Assembly: GCA_964016885.1 (NCBI GenBank) | Contig: OZ024744.1 | Coordinates: 104,284,001 to 104,348,000 of the forward strand | Direction of reading: 5' to 3' | Source: Eledone cirrhosa | Lineage: Eukaryota | DNA: 64,000 nt | Part shown: positions 10,513 through 22,534 of the stretch, piece by piece | How the letters are laid out: every line of letters begins with the position of its first letter | Numbering within the stretch: position 1 is the first letter of the stretch | Notes under the pieces: generated by a model | Seen by the model: the letters and a program-made list of their open reading frames with translations, nothing else | Told to the model about the DNA's origin: nothing | Databases searched by the model: none | Position numbers and translations under genes: made by a program

Positions 10513-10675
10513 AATTGACTCCAGAAAAATTAATACCTCAGACACAGTAAGTGGAATATATAAGATTTTGAAATATCATGAACTAAACAGAATTCCTGAT
10601 TTGGATGTACCACCTTGTCTGGTGAGAAGGAAAGATGACATCTTTGGAACAGACTTTGAATATATGACAGAATGA
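10513..10675 (+). CDS. Probable terminal coding exon of the same host gene
   Basis: Strong acceptor tttcttttcctccag. 53 open codons IDSRKINTSDTVSGIYKILKYHELNRIPDLDVPPCLVRRKDDIFGTDFEYMTE* in AT-rich DNA. AATAAA at 10682 and 10724. Confidence 0.62.
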
Positions 10676-10790
10676 TACTAAAATAAAAAAGAATATTTGG
10701 AAAAGATAATGTTTTAATGTGTAAATAAAATGTTTTGTGTATATAAAGAAAATAACTTTTTATAAGTGTTTACAAACCATTCCTTTATGT

Positions 10791-10821
<31 letters not shown>

Positions 10822-10842
10822 ATCTAATATATATATATATAG

Positions 10843-11023
10843 TAATAATAAAAAATTTGAAGACTAAAATCCAAAGAGGGCTCGATAAGGATAAATATAT
10901 ATCAAATATATAAGAACCGTAGAGCAAATATTTATTAAAATAACAGATTAAAGTTTAAGCAAAGAATCGTTGCTTTCACCCTTAAGGAGCGATTCTTTGC
11001 TTAAACTTTAATCTGTTATTTTA

Positions 11024-11032
<9 letters not shown>
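10843..11032. mobile_element. Penelope-like fold-back remnant (pLTR 3' end, HHR mostly lost)
   Basis: Inverted repeat ~10928-10969 / 10990-11031 containing AATAAA, left extension 10843-10927, (TA)n flanks. Confidence 0.6.
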
Positions 11033-11099
<67 letters not shown>

Positions 11100-12249
11100 T
11101 GGAATTGGAAACAGCACGGAAAATATATTTAAAGGATCTGTTTTTCTTTTTTCCTTCTTTGATTTGTCAAAGTGTCATTATTGAAATGTTCGAATCTAGC
11201 TGTCAAAATGGCCGGAGTTCAGCCGTCAGGGTCCTGACTCTTTTCATATATATATATATATATATCATCATCATCATCGTTTAACGTCCATCTTCCATTT
11301 TAGTTAGAAATTCAGTTATAGTCAGTTCACGTTCGTAGCCATGACCTATTCACCCCCCACCCCCCACCCCCCACCCCCACCTTCTTTCCTCGTTTTGTAT
11401 GTTGATGCAAATTTACTTTAGTTGTAGAATCAAAATGGATTCTAGCACTCAACAGTCAGTAATTTAATAATTTTAAATATTTTTCCTGTCTGTAAATCCA
11501 TTTATAATTAAGTATTTTGTAAGAAAAGAAGCTAGAATTAAGAACTTTGTTTAAAAGAAAGAAGCTATTTAATGCATTCGATTAGTTGTTTGTTTTTCCA
11601 GTATCTCCCAGGCTGGCTAAATACGTATGTCTTCCAGAAGTCACCTTTCCCCTCCTTCCCACCCCCACTCACCACCCTAGTTATTGGGCCAATCAAAACT
11701 CAGCGGTTCTATAATAATAATTCTAATCTCTCTCACAAGGCTGATACTTCTTAAACTTAGACCTAGGTGTTCGCTACGATAAATGGATTACGGAATTGGG
11801 GAATATTACCACTCACAATGACAAAGATGAATTCACCTCCCGTTTCAGGACGAGCATACAAACGCTCCTCTTTATATCAGATATGTCCAATCCATGCTAG
11901 TGTGGAAGATGGATGTCAAGCAATGATGATGATGATGATATGTATGTGTGTGTGTCCCAATGTGCACTGGAGTGAATGGTATCAACCTTAATGTACCGAA
12001 ACCTTAATGATTTCCAGAAGTTGACTGAGGAGATGGGACTGTCTATCTTTCTTTTCTTGTTTTTTTCTTTGCCTTTGTCCTGTGTGCCCCCTATTTTGAA
12101 TGAAAATGCTCCCAATCCAACCTGCCAGTTGGTCATTTTGGTGCCACGATAAAAAGCACCCAGTCCAATAGTAAATGTGGTTGGCATTATCAATATGAAT
12201 CACTTACAATAAAATTTTGCCAGAGCTAGATTAGTAAAATTTAATAAGC

Positions 12250-12950
12250 AGGGGAAGGGCAGATTTGGAAAAAATCTGAAAAATTAATAAGTGGCGTGGA
12301 GACAATTATTCAAGACCTGGGAGTTCGCATTAGACAATGTCTATAATAAACACACTGCACCCAGTTCTACTAGGCCCAGTTCTTGTCTCAGTGCAATAAA
12401 GCTTCTTTGTTTTTGTACACTGTTACACATCCATCTAAACCCAGGTCTCACTTCCATGCAGTATCACAGTCCATACTCAATATGCCTTTCACTCTGAGAG
12501 AAAAAACCCTTTGTAGCTAGCAGTAGTAGTAGCTCCTGGAACTTCTCATAATGGCTTCTGTACTTTCAGAGTGTCCACATCCACTGGTAATTTGGTCCCC
12601 TAGGTAGCAGAGGCTATCAACTACTTCTAGGGAGCCATCTGTGTATTTGATAGAGCTTGTTTCATGTGTTCTCTTGTTACTTACTGTTCCTGTACATCTG
12701 TCACATATGGAACCTACAATCTTTATTAGCCTGTCGATATCCTGCTACATCTCTTCGGTAACCACAATTTACATTTTATACACTGCATGGAATTTCTACC
12801 AACTCTTTTCTCACATACATTTTTTCACGCTCAGAGTTGGAACAAACTACCTGCATCAGTTGTTAGCTGTCGAGACACTGCATCCTTTAAAACCTCCATG
12901 CTTCCTGAAATTTGCCAACACTACACCTGATATCCCCCCTCCATACACAC
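12250..12950 (-). mobile_element. Old degraded RTE LINE fragment
   Basis: Minus strand reads GSLEVVDSLCYLGDQITSG...EKFQELLLLLATKG, homologous to the 536-1600 protein. Confidence 0.7.
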
Positions 12951-13070
12951 GCACACATGTATATAATGACTCACACACTGTTCATTTTACTGACATTTGT
13001 ACATTATTCTGTGTACTATACATGCACCTTTGATGAGTTGTAGTGCACCTGAGCAACGTACACAATAATA

Positions 13071-13269
13071 TTGGCAGTATTGGTAGAGGGTCGGACGCCA
13101 TGCTTTCCAGCATAGTTACGGCCCTTTACGGTCTGAGTTCAAATCCCATCGAGGTTAACTTTGCCTTTCAAACTTACGGGGTCGATAAAATAAAGTACCA
13201 GTAATGAACTGGGTAATTGCTGGCCTTGTGCCTAAAGTAGAAACAATTATTATTATTATTATTATTATT
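13071..13269 (+). mobile_element. tRNA-derived SINE with (ATT)n tail
   Basis: Box A tggcagtattgg, box B gagttcaaatcc. Collinear with 22059-22246. Confidence 0.9.
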
Positions 13270-16200
13270 GTTCTTTGAGTCTCAGTCATTGATGTTAGTT
13301 AACTGGAAAGTTTGTTGAAATGAATATCAAGCCACTACCTGCAGCCTCAGATATTCAGGACGTATCGGAGGGTACTTGCTGTTCCCAGCAAGCATGCTTT
13401 TTGAAGTGTTCCAAAAAGCGGGGCTGGACTAATCTTCTCTAACCATCCTTGGAAACTTTTTAAGATAGTACCTAGTGCTCCTATGACAATTGGGACGACC
13501 TTGATTTCATGGCAGTTCCAAATCCTTTTTAACTCCCACTTTAAGTCCTGGTATCGGTTAATTTTCTCCCTCTCCTCTTGCACTCTCGTGTCGAATGGGC
13601 AGGCTATATCCACAATCAGCCACAATCTTTTTTCCTTGTCCAAAACCACCAGGTCAGGTCTATTGTGTTCCAGTTTCTTGTCCGTCTGTATCCTAAAATC
13701 CCACAGCACCTTCACCTGATCGTTTTCTATCACTGACTCTGGCTTATGCTCTTACCACTTCTCAGAATGTGGTAAATTGTTTACTTTGCATAGGTGCCAG
13801 TGGATCACCCTGCCCATCACATCATGTCTCCAGCCTTTATAGTGAGTCTGGGCTAGGTGTTTACACTCGGATACAATGTGAGCCACAGTCTCCCCTCTCT
13901 CTCCACAGATCCTGCACATTGGGCTAGCCTCCTCCTTGTAAATATGGTGTTTCACCCACATCGTTTTGAGGGCCTGCTCTTGCGCAGCCTTTAGCATTCC
14001 TTCTGTAGCCTTTTTAAGGTCTCCTCTTTTCAATCAGTTCCATGTCTGTGGATCTCTGAATTCCGTTTTCTCAAAGAAGGTACTATGAAGGGATTTTTCA
14101 TGAAGGCTGCTCTTTCTCCTTGTTGTTATTTCCTCCTTGGACATCTCCTGGTCTATTGTCCTCTCCTTCAGTATAATTCTGAGCATTAGCTCCTTATTAT
14201 CGGTCACGTATTTGTGTAGGTTGTTTTTCTCCATCTGAACACAGTCCTCTATGCTGATAAGACCTCTTCCACCTTCAGATCTCCTTAAGTAGAGTTTTTC
14301 GTAATCACTCCTCTTGTGGAACATGTTGTAGATAGTCAATAGCTTCCTAGTCTTCCTATCCATTTCTTTTTGTTCAGCAACATTCCATCTCAGAATTCCC
14401 GCACTGTACCTAATAATAGACACAGCTCAGGAATTTACTGCACTTATGGCATTCCTACTGTTCAGATGTGACTTTAACACGCTCCTTACTCTCCGAATGT
14501 ATTCAGATCTTATCAATTCCTTCATTTTTTTGTTCTTGATGTCATCAGCCTCCAGAACACCCAAATACTTGAATCCTTCTTCAGTGTCAATTTCCTTTAT
14601 CATCTCACCTGTTGGTACCTGGATTCCGTTGCTTCTGCTCAATTTAGCCCCTCTTCATCACAAGGACTCCACACTTTTTGCATACAAATTGCATACATAT
14701 ATCATTGCTGAAAATACGAACAGTGTCAACAAGCACATCCAACTCCTTCTCATTCTTCCCGAAGAGCTTAAGATCGCCCATGAAGAGGAGGTGATTAATG
14801 GTAAGCTCTCCCTTTCCCAACTTGTATCCTGCTCTCACTTTTCGCAGTATAATGGTCAGGGGCATCAGGGCAAGGACAAACAACATAGGGGACAAACTAT
14901 CTCCCTGGAAGATACCTCTCTTGATCTTCACGCCTCCCAAGGATTCTCCAGCTGATGTTAACTCTGTTTTCCAGGACTTCATACTTTTGCTCAACAACTG
15001 TCTGATGTTATCTGCCACCCTGAAGATCTCTAGGCTTTTGCTGATTCAAAAATGAGGCACCATGTCGAATGCTTTTTGGAGTCTATCCACCCCATGACAA
15101 GACCAGTGTGTCTCCTCTTGCAATTCCTCATTACCATCTTATCAATAAGTAACTGGTCCTTTGTACCACGGGACTTCTTTCGGCATCCTTTCTGTTCGTC
15201 CGGTAACAAGTTGTTTGTGTGGAGGTGATGGTAGATTTCCTCAGACATAATGCTTGTCAACAGTTTCCACATTACGGACAGACATGTGATAGGTGTATAG
15301 TTGGTAACATCATTACCCTTGATTCGGTCTTTCATTACCAGAACTGGGGTACCTTTTGTCAACCACTCTGGTACCTCACCTGACATCAAGCAGTCATTGA
15401 ACATGGCTGTCAGTTTCGGGTGGAGGGATGTTATATTTTTAATCTAATACCCCTGCACACCATCTGGGCCTAGTGATTTCCAGTTGGTTAGCTTTTTGGC
15501 CTGCCCCTTAAGAGTTTCAACTGTGATACTCAAATCAGTTTGTTGGTGTGCCTGTTCTCTTATCTCCTTTTGTACTGTCTCAATGCACACTGCCTGGTCA
15601 TTATGTTTAACATCCTGCTCCCATATTCCTCTCCAGAATGTCTTAGGATGTTCCGCCTCAGGGATCAAATCGTTGCCTCTTTCTTTCCCTTCAAGCTGTC
15701 CAAACAACATCTTCTGGTTGTTGTCAAACATGCTGTTCTGTCTATACTGACTGACTCTGCTCTCGTATCGCCTAATTTTTGCACTCTTTGCTACAATGCG
15801 TTGCTTCAGTTCCTCTATGATAATATTTAGCTTTTTCCTCCTAGTCTTGTACTTTATTTCCAGTCTATTTTTAGTGTCTACGTTTTTTAGTGTCCCATTC
15901 AGTAGGGACTCAAGCTTTCCAATGTCATTTCTCATTTCCCTGATTTGACCATTCAGTCGTTTCTTCCACCAAGGTTCTGATCTTTCTTGTTTGTTGTTTC
16001 CTCTCGCTTTTATGCCAAGTAATTTCCTCACCGCATTTGCTGTTGTTTTGAAGATATTGTTGCACTGGTGAAGGCTCCTCGCCTCAAGGTATGGGATGAC
16101 TTTGTTTATCTTAGCTGTTGTTTCTTTTAACTTTTTCCTGTCTACAAATCTTAGGTTCATAGGTCTCCCACTATCATTGTTCATTTCATCTACCACTAAG

Positions 16201-16857
16201 TTTAGGATATCAACCAACTCTTGTCCTAGCCCGTCAGCATTCATCTCCTCAATGGCCGTATCTTTGTTCCAGGTATTATTTATTTCAGCATTCAGATCAT
16301 TGTCTGCTTCGGATGGTTCCTCCGTTCCCTCAACCTCTTCACCTTCATTTCCCACTGGCTCGTTTGCCTGGCATACTCCACTCTCCATTTCCAACCTAAT
16401 CTCTCTGCTCAGTTCCTCCAGTTCCAGCTCGCTTATCCACCCATTAGTTCTTATTACCCGAGCCTGCCCGGCCAATTTTTGTTCATCTAATTTAAATAGA
16501 CCAATCTCGTTCCAGATGTTATGCATCCGTTTCCTATAGCCTTTTTCCTTGGGGTTACTCTTCAGGTAACATTGCATAACAGTTCTATTCAATTCTTTCG
16601 TCCAGTTGGTTCTGGTCCCTTTCCTTCTTCTTCCTCCGACACCAGCAGTATTTGGTTGACAGCCAGGTCCCTGCTGCTGAGCCAGGGAGCACCTGCTGGG
16701 TGAGAGTCTGTCACATGACATTCCAGTCTCCACTTCACCGTTATTCGAACTCTTTAGGTTCGACATTTAAACACTCTTATCGAGGATTGGTGAATGTATG
16801 GTTACATAACCACCATTGATTTGATCACCCTCGGCACTATCACGCTGTAGACGAACA
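13270..16857 (-). mobile_element. Near full-length R4/Dong-clade non-LTR retrotransposon (RT + CCHC + restriction-like endonuclease), inactivated
   Basis: Fragmented single ORF 16766-13347 with GIFQGDSLSP, HLLFM(G)DLK, CRICG..ETVAHIVSEC, RHD and RPDLVV..IVDIACP..EKINRYQDL. 3' end runs into (TAA)n. Confidence 0.93.
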
Positions 16858-17127
16858 TAAATAAACAAACAAACAAATAGGTAAACCCCCCAAAAAGCAT
16901 AAGTTTCATTGTAATGTAATGTTTGAATGTCTGACTTAGTTTTTCTTTTTCCTTGTTCTGTCTGTTTGTTTTTCTTTTCTTTTTTGTTTTCTTTACGTTT
17001 TTCGTTACTGCTGTGCTGTTTTGATTTTGATTTTTGGTTTTTTGATTTTTTGACTGGTCCATCAAATCAGTCTATTTATATCTTTTGATGCCTTCCTCAT
17101 TTAGTGTGAATATTACGATCCCTGTTT

Positions 17128-17279
17128 TAGCAGGAGGTAGTGGGAGAGAATAGCGGTGGTAGCGATAATGAGGCAGTGGTAGTGGTGATGTGCTAGTAGT
17201 ACTTAGCAGGAGGTAGTGGGAGAGAATAGCGGCGGTAGCGATAATGAGGCAGTGGTGGTGGTGATGTGATCGTAGTACT
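17128..17279. repeat. 76-bp direct duplication followed by (GGT)n-rich low complexity
   Basis: tagcaggaggtagtgggagagaatagcgg... starts at 17128 and at 17204. Confidence 0.9.
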
Positions 17280-17647
17280 GTAGTGATGGTGTTGAAGTTG
17301 AAGTAGAAATAGAAGTTGAGGTAACTTGACTAGAGTTTTTGGCGTGGTAGTGGTGATGGTGGCGGTGGTGGTGTTGGTGGTGAAATTGTTTGCCTGTCTG
17401 TCCACTTAGCCATTTTTCTCTTTTTCGACTATAACATTTCTGATCCAAAATTAAATATTAAATATTGGGGCCCTATGCCGTAATGTGATGCGTTGTTGCT
17501 TGCTGAGAGTAAAAACTGTAATCTTATATTTCATTTGTAATAAGAATTATTCTATCACAGTTGTTTTAAATAAGTAAAAATCAAAAACTTACGGAAGCGA
17601 TTCCATGACGATTTATATCCACCATGTGTGTTTTCTTCTTCTATTAT

Positions 17648-17750
17648 TTGCCTTTCATCCTTACGGGGTCGATAAAATAAAGTACCAGTAATGCACTGGG
17701 TAATTGCTGGCCTTGTGCCTAAAGTAGAAACAATTATTATTATTATTATT
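17648..17750 (+). mobile_element. 3' half of SINE with (ATT)n tail
   Basis: Matches 22159-22246. Confidence 0.88.
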
Positions 17751-20152
17751 GTTCTTTGAGTTTCAGTCATTGATGTTATTTAACTGGAAAGTTTGTTGAA
17801 ATGAATATCAAGCCACTACCTGCAGCCTCAGATATTCAGGACGTATCGGAGGATTCTTGCTGTTCCCAGCAAGCATGCCTTTTGAAGTGTTCCAAAAAAC
17901 GGGGCTGGACTAATTTTCTCTAACCATCCTTGGAAACTCTTTGAGATAGTACCTAGTGCGCCTATGACAATCGGCAGTTCATGGCAGTTCCAAATCCTTT
18001 TTAACTCCCTGTTTAAGTCCTGGTATCGGTTATTTTCTCCCTCTCCTTCTCTTTCACTCTCGTCTCGAATGCGCAGGCTATATCTACAATTAGGCACAAT
18101 TTTTTTTCCTTGTCCAAAACCACCATGTCAGGTCTATTGTGTTCCAGTTTCTTGTCTGTCTGTATCCTAAAATCCCACAGAACCTTCACCTGATTGTTTT
18201 CTATCACCGACTCTGGCTTATGCTCTTACCACTTCTCAGAATGTGGTAAATTGTTTACTTTGCATAGGTGCCAGTGGATCACTCTGCCCATCACATCATG
18301 TCTCCAGCCTTTATAGTGAGTCTGGGCTAGGTGTTTACACTCGGATACAATGTGAGCCACAGTCTCCCCTCTCTCTCCACAGATCCTACACAGTGGGCTA
18401 GCCTCCTCCTTGTAAATATGGTGTTTCACCCACTTCGTTTTGAGGGCCTGCTCTTGCACAGCCATTAGCATTCAACCAGTTCCATGTCTGTGGATCTCTA
18501 AATTCAGTTTTCTCAAAGAAGGTACTATGAAGGGATTTTTCATGAAGGTTGCTCTTCCTCCTTATTGTTATTTCCTCCTTGAACATCCCCTGGTCTATTG
18601 TTCTCTGCTTCAGTACAATTCTGAGCATTGGCTCCCTACTGTCAGTCACGTATTTGTGTAGGTTGTTTTTCTCCATCTGAACACAGTCCTCTATGCTGAT
18701 AAGACCTCTTCCACGTTCAGATCTCCTTAAGTAGAGTCTATCGACATCATTCCTCTTGTGGAACATGTTGTAGATAGTCAATAGCTTCCTAGTCTTCCTA
18801 TCCATTTCTTTTTGTTCAGCAACATTCCATTTCAGAATTCCCGCACTGTACCTAATAATAGACACAACTCAGGAATTTACTGTACTTATGGCATTCCTAC
18901 TGTTCAGATGTGACTTTAACACGCTCCTTACTCTCCGAATGTATTCAGATCTTATCAATTCCTTCATTTTTTTGTTCTTGATGTCATCTGCCTCCAGAAG
19001 ACCTAAATATTTGTATCCTTCTTCAGTATCAAAATTTCCTTTATCATCTCACCTGTTGGTACCTGGATTCCGTTGCTTCTTCTCAATTTACCCCTCTTCA
19101 TCACTAGGACTCCACACTTACTAATATCAAATTGCATACATATATCATAGCTGAAAACACGGACAGTGTCAACAAGCACATCCAACTCCTTCTCACTCTT
19201 CCCGAAGAGCTTAAGATCGTCCATGAAGAGGAGGTGGTTGATGATAAGCTCTCCTTTTCCCAACTTGTATCCTGCTCTTACTTTTCACAGTATAATGGTC
19301 AGGGGCATCAGGGCAAGGACAAACAACATAGGGGACAAACTATCTCCCTGGAAGATACCTCTCTTGATCTTCACGCCTCCCAAGTATTCTCCACCCGATG
19401 TTAACTCTGTTTTCCAGGACTTCATACTTTTGCTCAACAACTGTCTGATGTTATCTGCCACCTTGAAGATCTCTAGGCTTTTGGTTATCCAAGAATGAGG
19501 CACCATGTCGAATGCTTTTTTGTAGTCCATCCATCCCATGGCAAGACCAGTGTGTCTCCTCTTGCAATTCCTCATTACCATCTTATCAATAAGTAACTGG
19601 TCCTTTGTACCACGGGACTTCTTTCGGCATCCTTTCTGTTCGTCCGGTAACAAGTTGTTTATGTGGAGGTGATGGTAGATTTCCTCAGACACAATGCTTG
19701 TTAACAGTTTCCACATTACGGACAGACATATGATAGGTGTATAGTTGGTAACATCATTACCCTTGATTCGGTCTTTCATTACCAGAACTGGGGTACCTTT
19801 TGTCAACCACTCTGGTACCTCACCTGACATCAAGCAGTCATTGAACATGGTTGTCAGTTTCGGGTGGAGGGATGTTATATTTTTAATGCAATACCCCTGC
19901 ACACCATCTGGGCCTGGTGATTTCCAGCTGGTTAGCTTTTTGGCCTGCCCTTTAAGAGTTTCAACTGTGATACTCAAATCAGTTTGTTGGTGTGGATGTT
20001 CACTAATCTCCTTTTGTACTGTCTCAATCCACACTGCCTGATCATTATGTTCAACATCCTGCTCCCATATTCCTCTCCAGAATGTCTTAGGATGTTCCGC
20101 CTCGGGGATCAAGTCGTTGCCTCTTTCTTTCCCTTCAAGCTGTCCAGACAAC
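17751..20152 (-). mobile_element. 5'-truncated R4/Dong-clade element, same family as 13270-16857
   Basis: ORF fragments 19285-20154, 19003-19263 (LFMDDLK), 18398-18865, 18226-18471 and 18013-18207. 3'UTR nearly identical to the first copy. Confidence 0.93.
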
Positions 20153-20153
20153 A

Positions 20154-20215
<62 letters not shown>

Positions 20216-20446
20216 CATTATTATTATTATTATTGGCAACCTGTGTACGAAATCGTATTATCGTGAGCTCCGCTAAGGTTTGTTGTTTCGTTTGTTTAAA
20301 ATTGCCATTTATGGAAAAATTTTGTTGTTAACTGTTTATAAGGTCACAACATTTGCTTTCGGAAAAGGACACTCAAAAAGATTGGGGCCTTGAGCCCAAA
20401 ATTTAAACTTTTATAATTATCAAACAAAAAATTTCTTTGAAAAATC

Positions 20447-22457
20447 ATGGACGACTCACAGCCACACCTTCCTCACAAACTAACACCTCACACCGACACC
20501 ACCATTGTAAATATTACTACGTTTGCCAACACTAAAAATATAAGCAGTAGCAATAATTTAAATTTGTCTCATGCAGACATTTATTTCCCGCAATTACCAA
20601 TGACTGCAGGTGTTGAATCCGCCACCCCCACCACCACCACAGCGACAACAGAAACAAAAGAAAAAAAATAAATTATCTCGTGACATCGAAATGGATTCAC
20701 CCAGAATCAACTCTTCCACACCGAACACCAGACGCCACCACCACCACAACTAAAACTAAAAATAACAATAACAACAACAGCAACAACAACAATGAGAATA
20801 ACAACAAAAACATCAACACCGTGTCGTTTGCCAAAGCAGCCAAAAAATGCGAAGCAATCCAGGTAACTCAGGAGGAATTAGATGAAGCCAAGAGAATGAT
20901 AAAGAAAGATGAGTACAGGGTCAGTCCCCCCCCCACACACACACACCTAATAAAATGGAGCATCGGCGCCTATGCACCGTGTCTTATCGGACGATTAACA
21001 TAAAATCGCGCCGAGTAGAACGGGCATCTGAGGCCCAAATCCAAAAAGCTTTGGGACGTGTGGGCGGAAAAAACCCACATCAGACGTGGGCAGAAATATG
21101 GAACCGTGGACGTGTTCTTTGGAACACCACATGAGGCCAGAGAGCACACCATGGCCCCATTAAGAAGCGACGACTTCACACTCGTCCCAAGCTATTGTGG
21201 CCAGAGACTCGTGAAGATCAGGGTGACCCACGTTCCACCGGCCATCGAAATTCTCTGGCTAATGGCTGCCGTCCTCGCCGGCATCGAGGCCAACACCAAG
21301 ATACTCGAAATAGCGAAAGAAAAGCAGGAGAACTGGTCCAGATCTGGGATGGAGCTCCTGATCCAAGTGGACCAAAAAAGCATTGAGGAGATCCCAGAGG
21401 TAATAGACCTCACTGACGGCAGCCACCTCACCGTAATCCTCGAGGGCAGAAGGCCTAGGTGTGTCGTTTGTGGTGAAGGAACCTACCTAAGGGCTTTCTG
21501 CCCTCAGGATAAAAAGTTGAGGCCACCTCTCTTACCCATCCCAGTGACTCAACCATCAACCCCACCAGCAGCAGAAATGGCAGCAACAACTGTAGCAGCA
21601 ACAACAGAAGCAACTGTAGCAGCAACAACCCCAGCAACAGTAGCAAAACCAACACCACCACCACCACCCAACGCGCCAGAACTAGCAGCAGCGCCTACAC
21701 CATCCACCACGCCACAACCAAAACCAACGCCTGTGGAGGATTTTCCACTCCCTGGCTTATCGCAACTGGAGACAGATTGTGACGACGAGGAGTGGGAAGC
21801 GGTATCAGGAAAAAAGAAAAAAAGAAACCAAAAAAGAAAAAAATTCTCTTCCCTCCCCCTCCAAAAACAAAATACAGAGGGAAACAAATAAATTATCAAA
21901 CAAAAAAGTTAAGACAGATATGCCACCATCCACACCAGCATCACCAACACCACAAAAGTCACCAAAAAGCGTAACAGAAACAAACCCACAACAAACGTAA
22001 ACAAAACAAAACAACCAAAACGATACACAATACACAGCATTAAATTTGAACAACAACTGGGCGGTGGATTGGCAGTGTCGGTAGAGGGTCGGACGCCATG
22101 CTTTCCAGCATAGTTACGTCCCTTTACGATCTGAGTTCAAATCCCGCCGAGGTTGACTTTGCCTTTCATCCTTACGGGGTCGATAAAATAAAGTACCAGT
22201 AATGCACCGGGTAATTGCTGGCCTTGTGCCTAAAGTAGAAACAATTAAATTTGAACAACAACCAATTATTACACTACATGCAACACAACACCAGCATCAC
22301 AGAAAAAGACTACACAACAACCCAAAAGTTCACACCACCTCCACACATACAAATCACTCGCATCACACAGAAAACGTACACGACACTAAAACAAAAATTC
22401 CCCAAATACATCGGAGACTTCCGACAAACACTCTCCAGAGGAGGCCACAAGCAGTGA
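20447..22457 (+). pseudogene. LINE ORF1 (gag-like, zinc knuckle), frameshifted and SINE-interrupted
   Basis: SFAKAAK motif, GRRPRCVVCGEGTYLRAFCP (CCHC knuckle with H>Y), Pro/Thr-rich region, EWEAVSGKKKKR. Confidence 0.75.
22059..22246 (+). mobile_element. Complete tRNA-derived SINE with Meta/MESC-like central domain and 19-bp TSD
   Basis: Box A tggcagtgtcgg, box B gagttcaaatcc, central ggttgactttgcctttcatcc...gtcgataaaataaagtaccag. TSD attaaatttgaacaacaac at 22039-22057 and 22244-22262. Confidence 0.93.
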
Positions 22458-22534
22458 AAAGGATGGACAAACCATCCTTCCTCTACGAGAAGTAAGGTAA
22501 GTGGTCTTTCCCATCTTTTCCACTCCATTTCAAC

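Noticed and set aside
12024-12052. CTGAGGA followed by a small hairpin
   Set aside because: No GAAA or UH follows, so it is not a hammerhead. The same applies to ctgagga at 9359 and ctgaaga at 47414.
22059-22150. tRNA gene
   Set aside because: The A and B boxes belong to a SINE head. There is no clean cloverleaf, and it is followed by a SINE body, tail and TSD.
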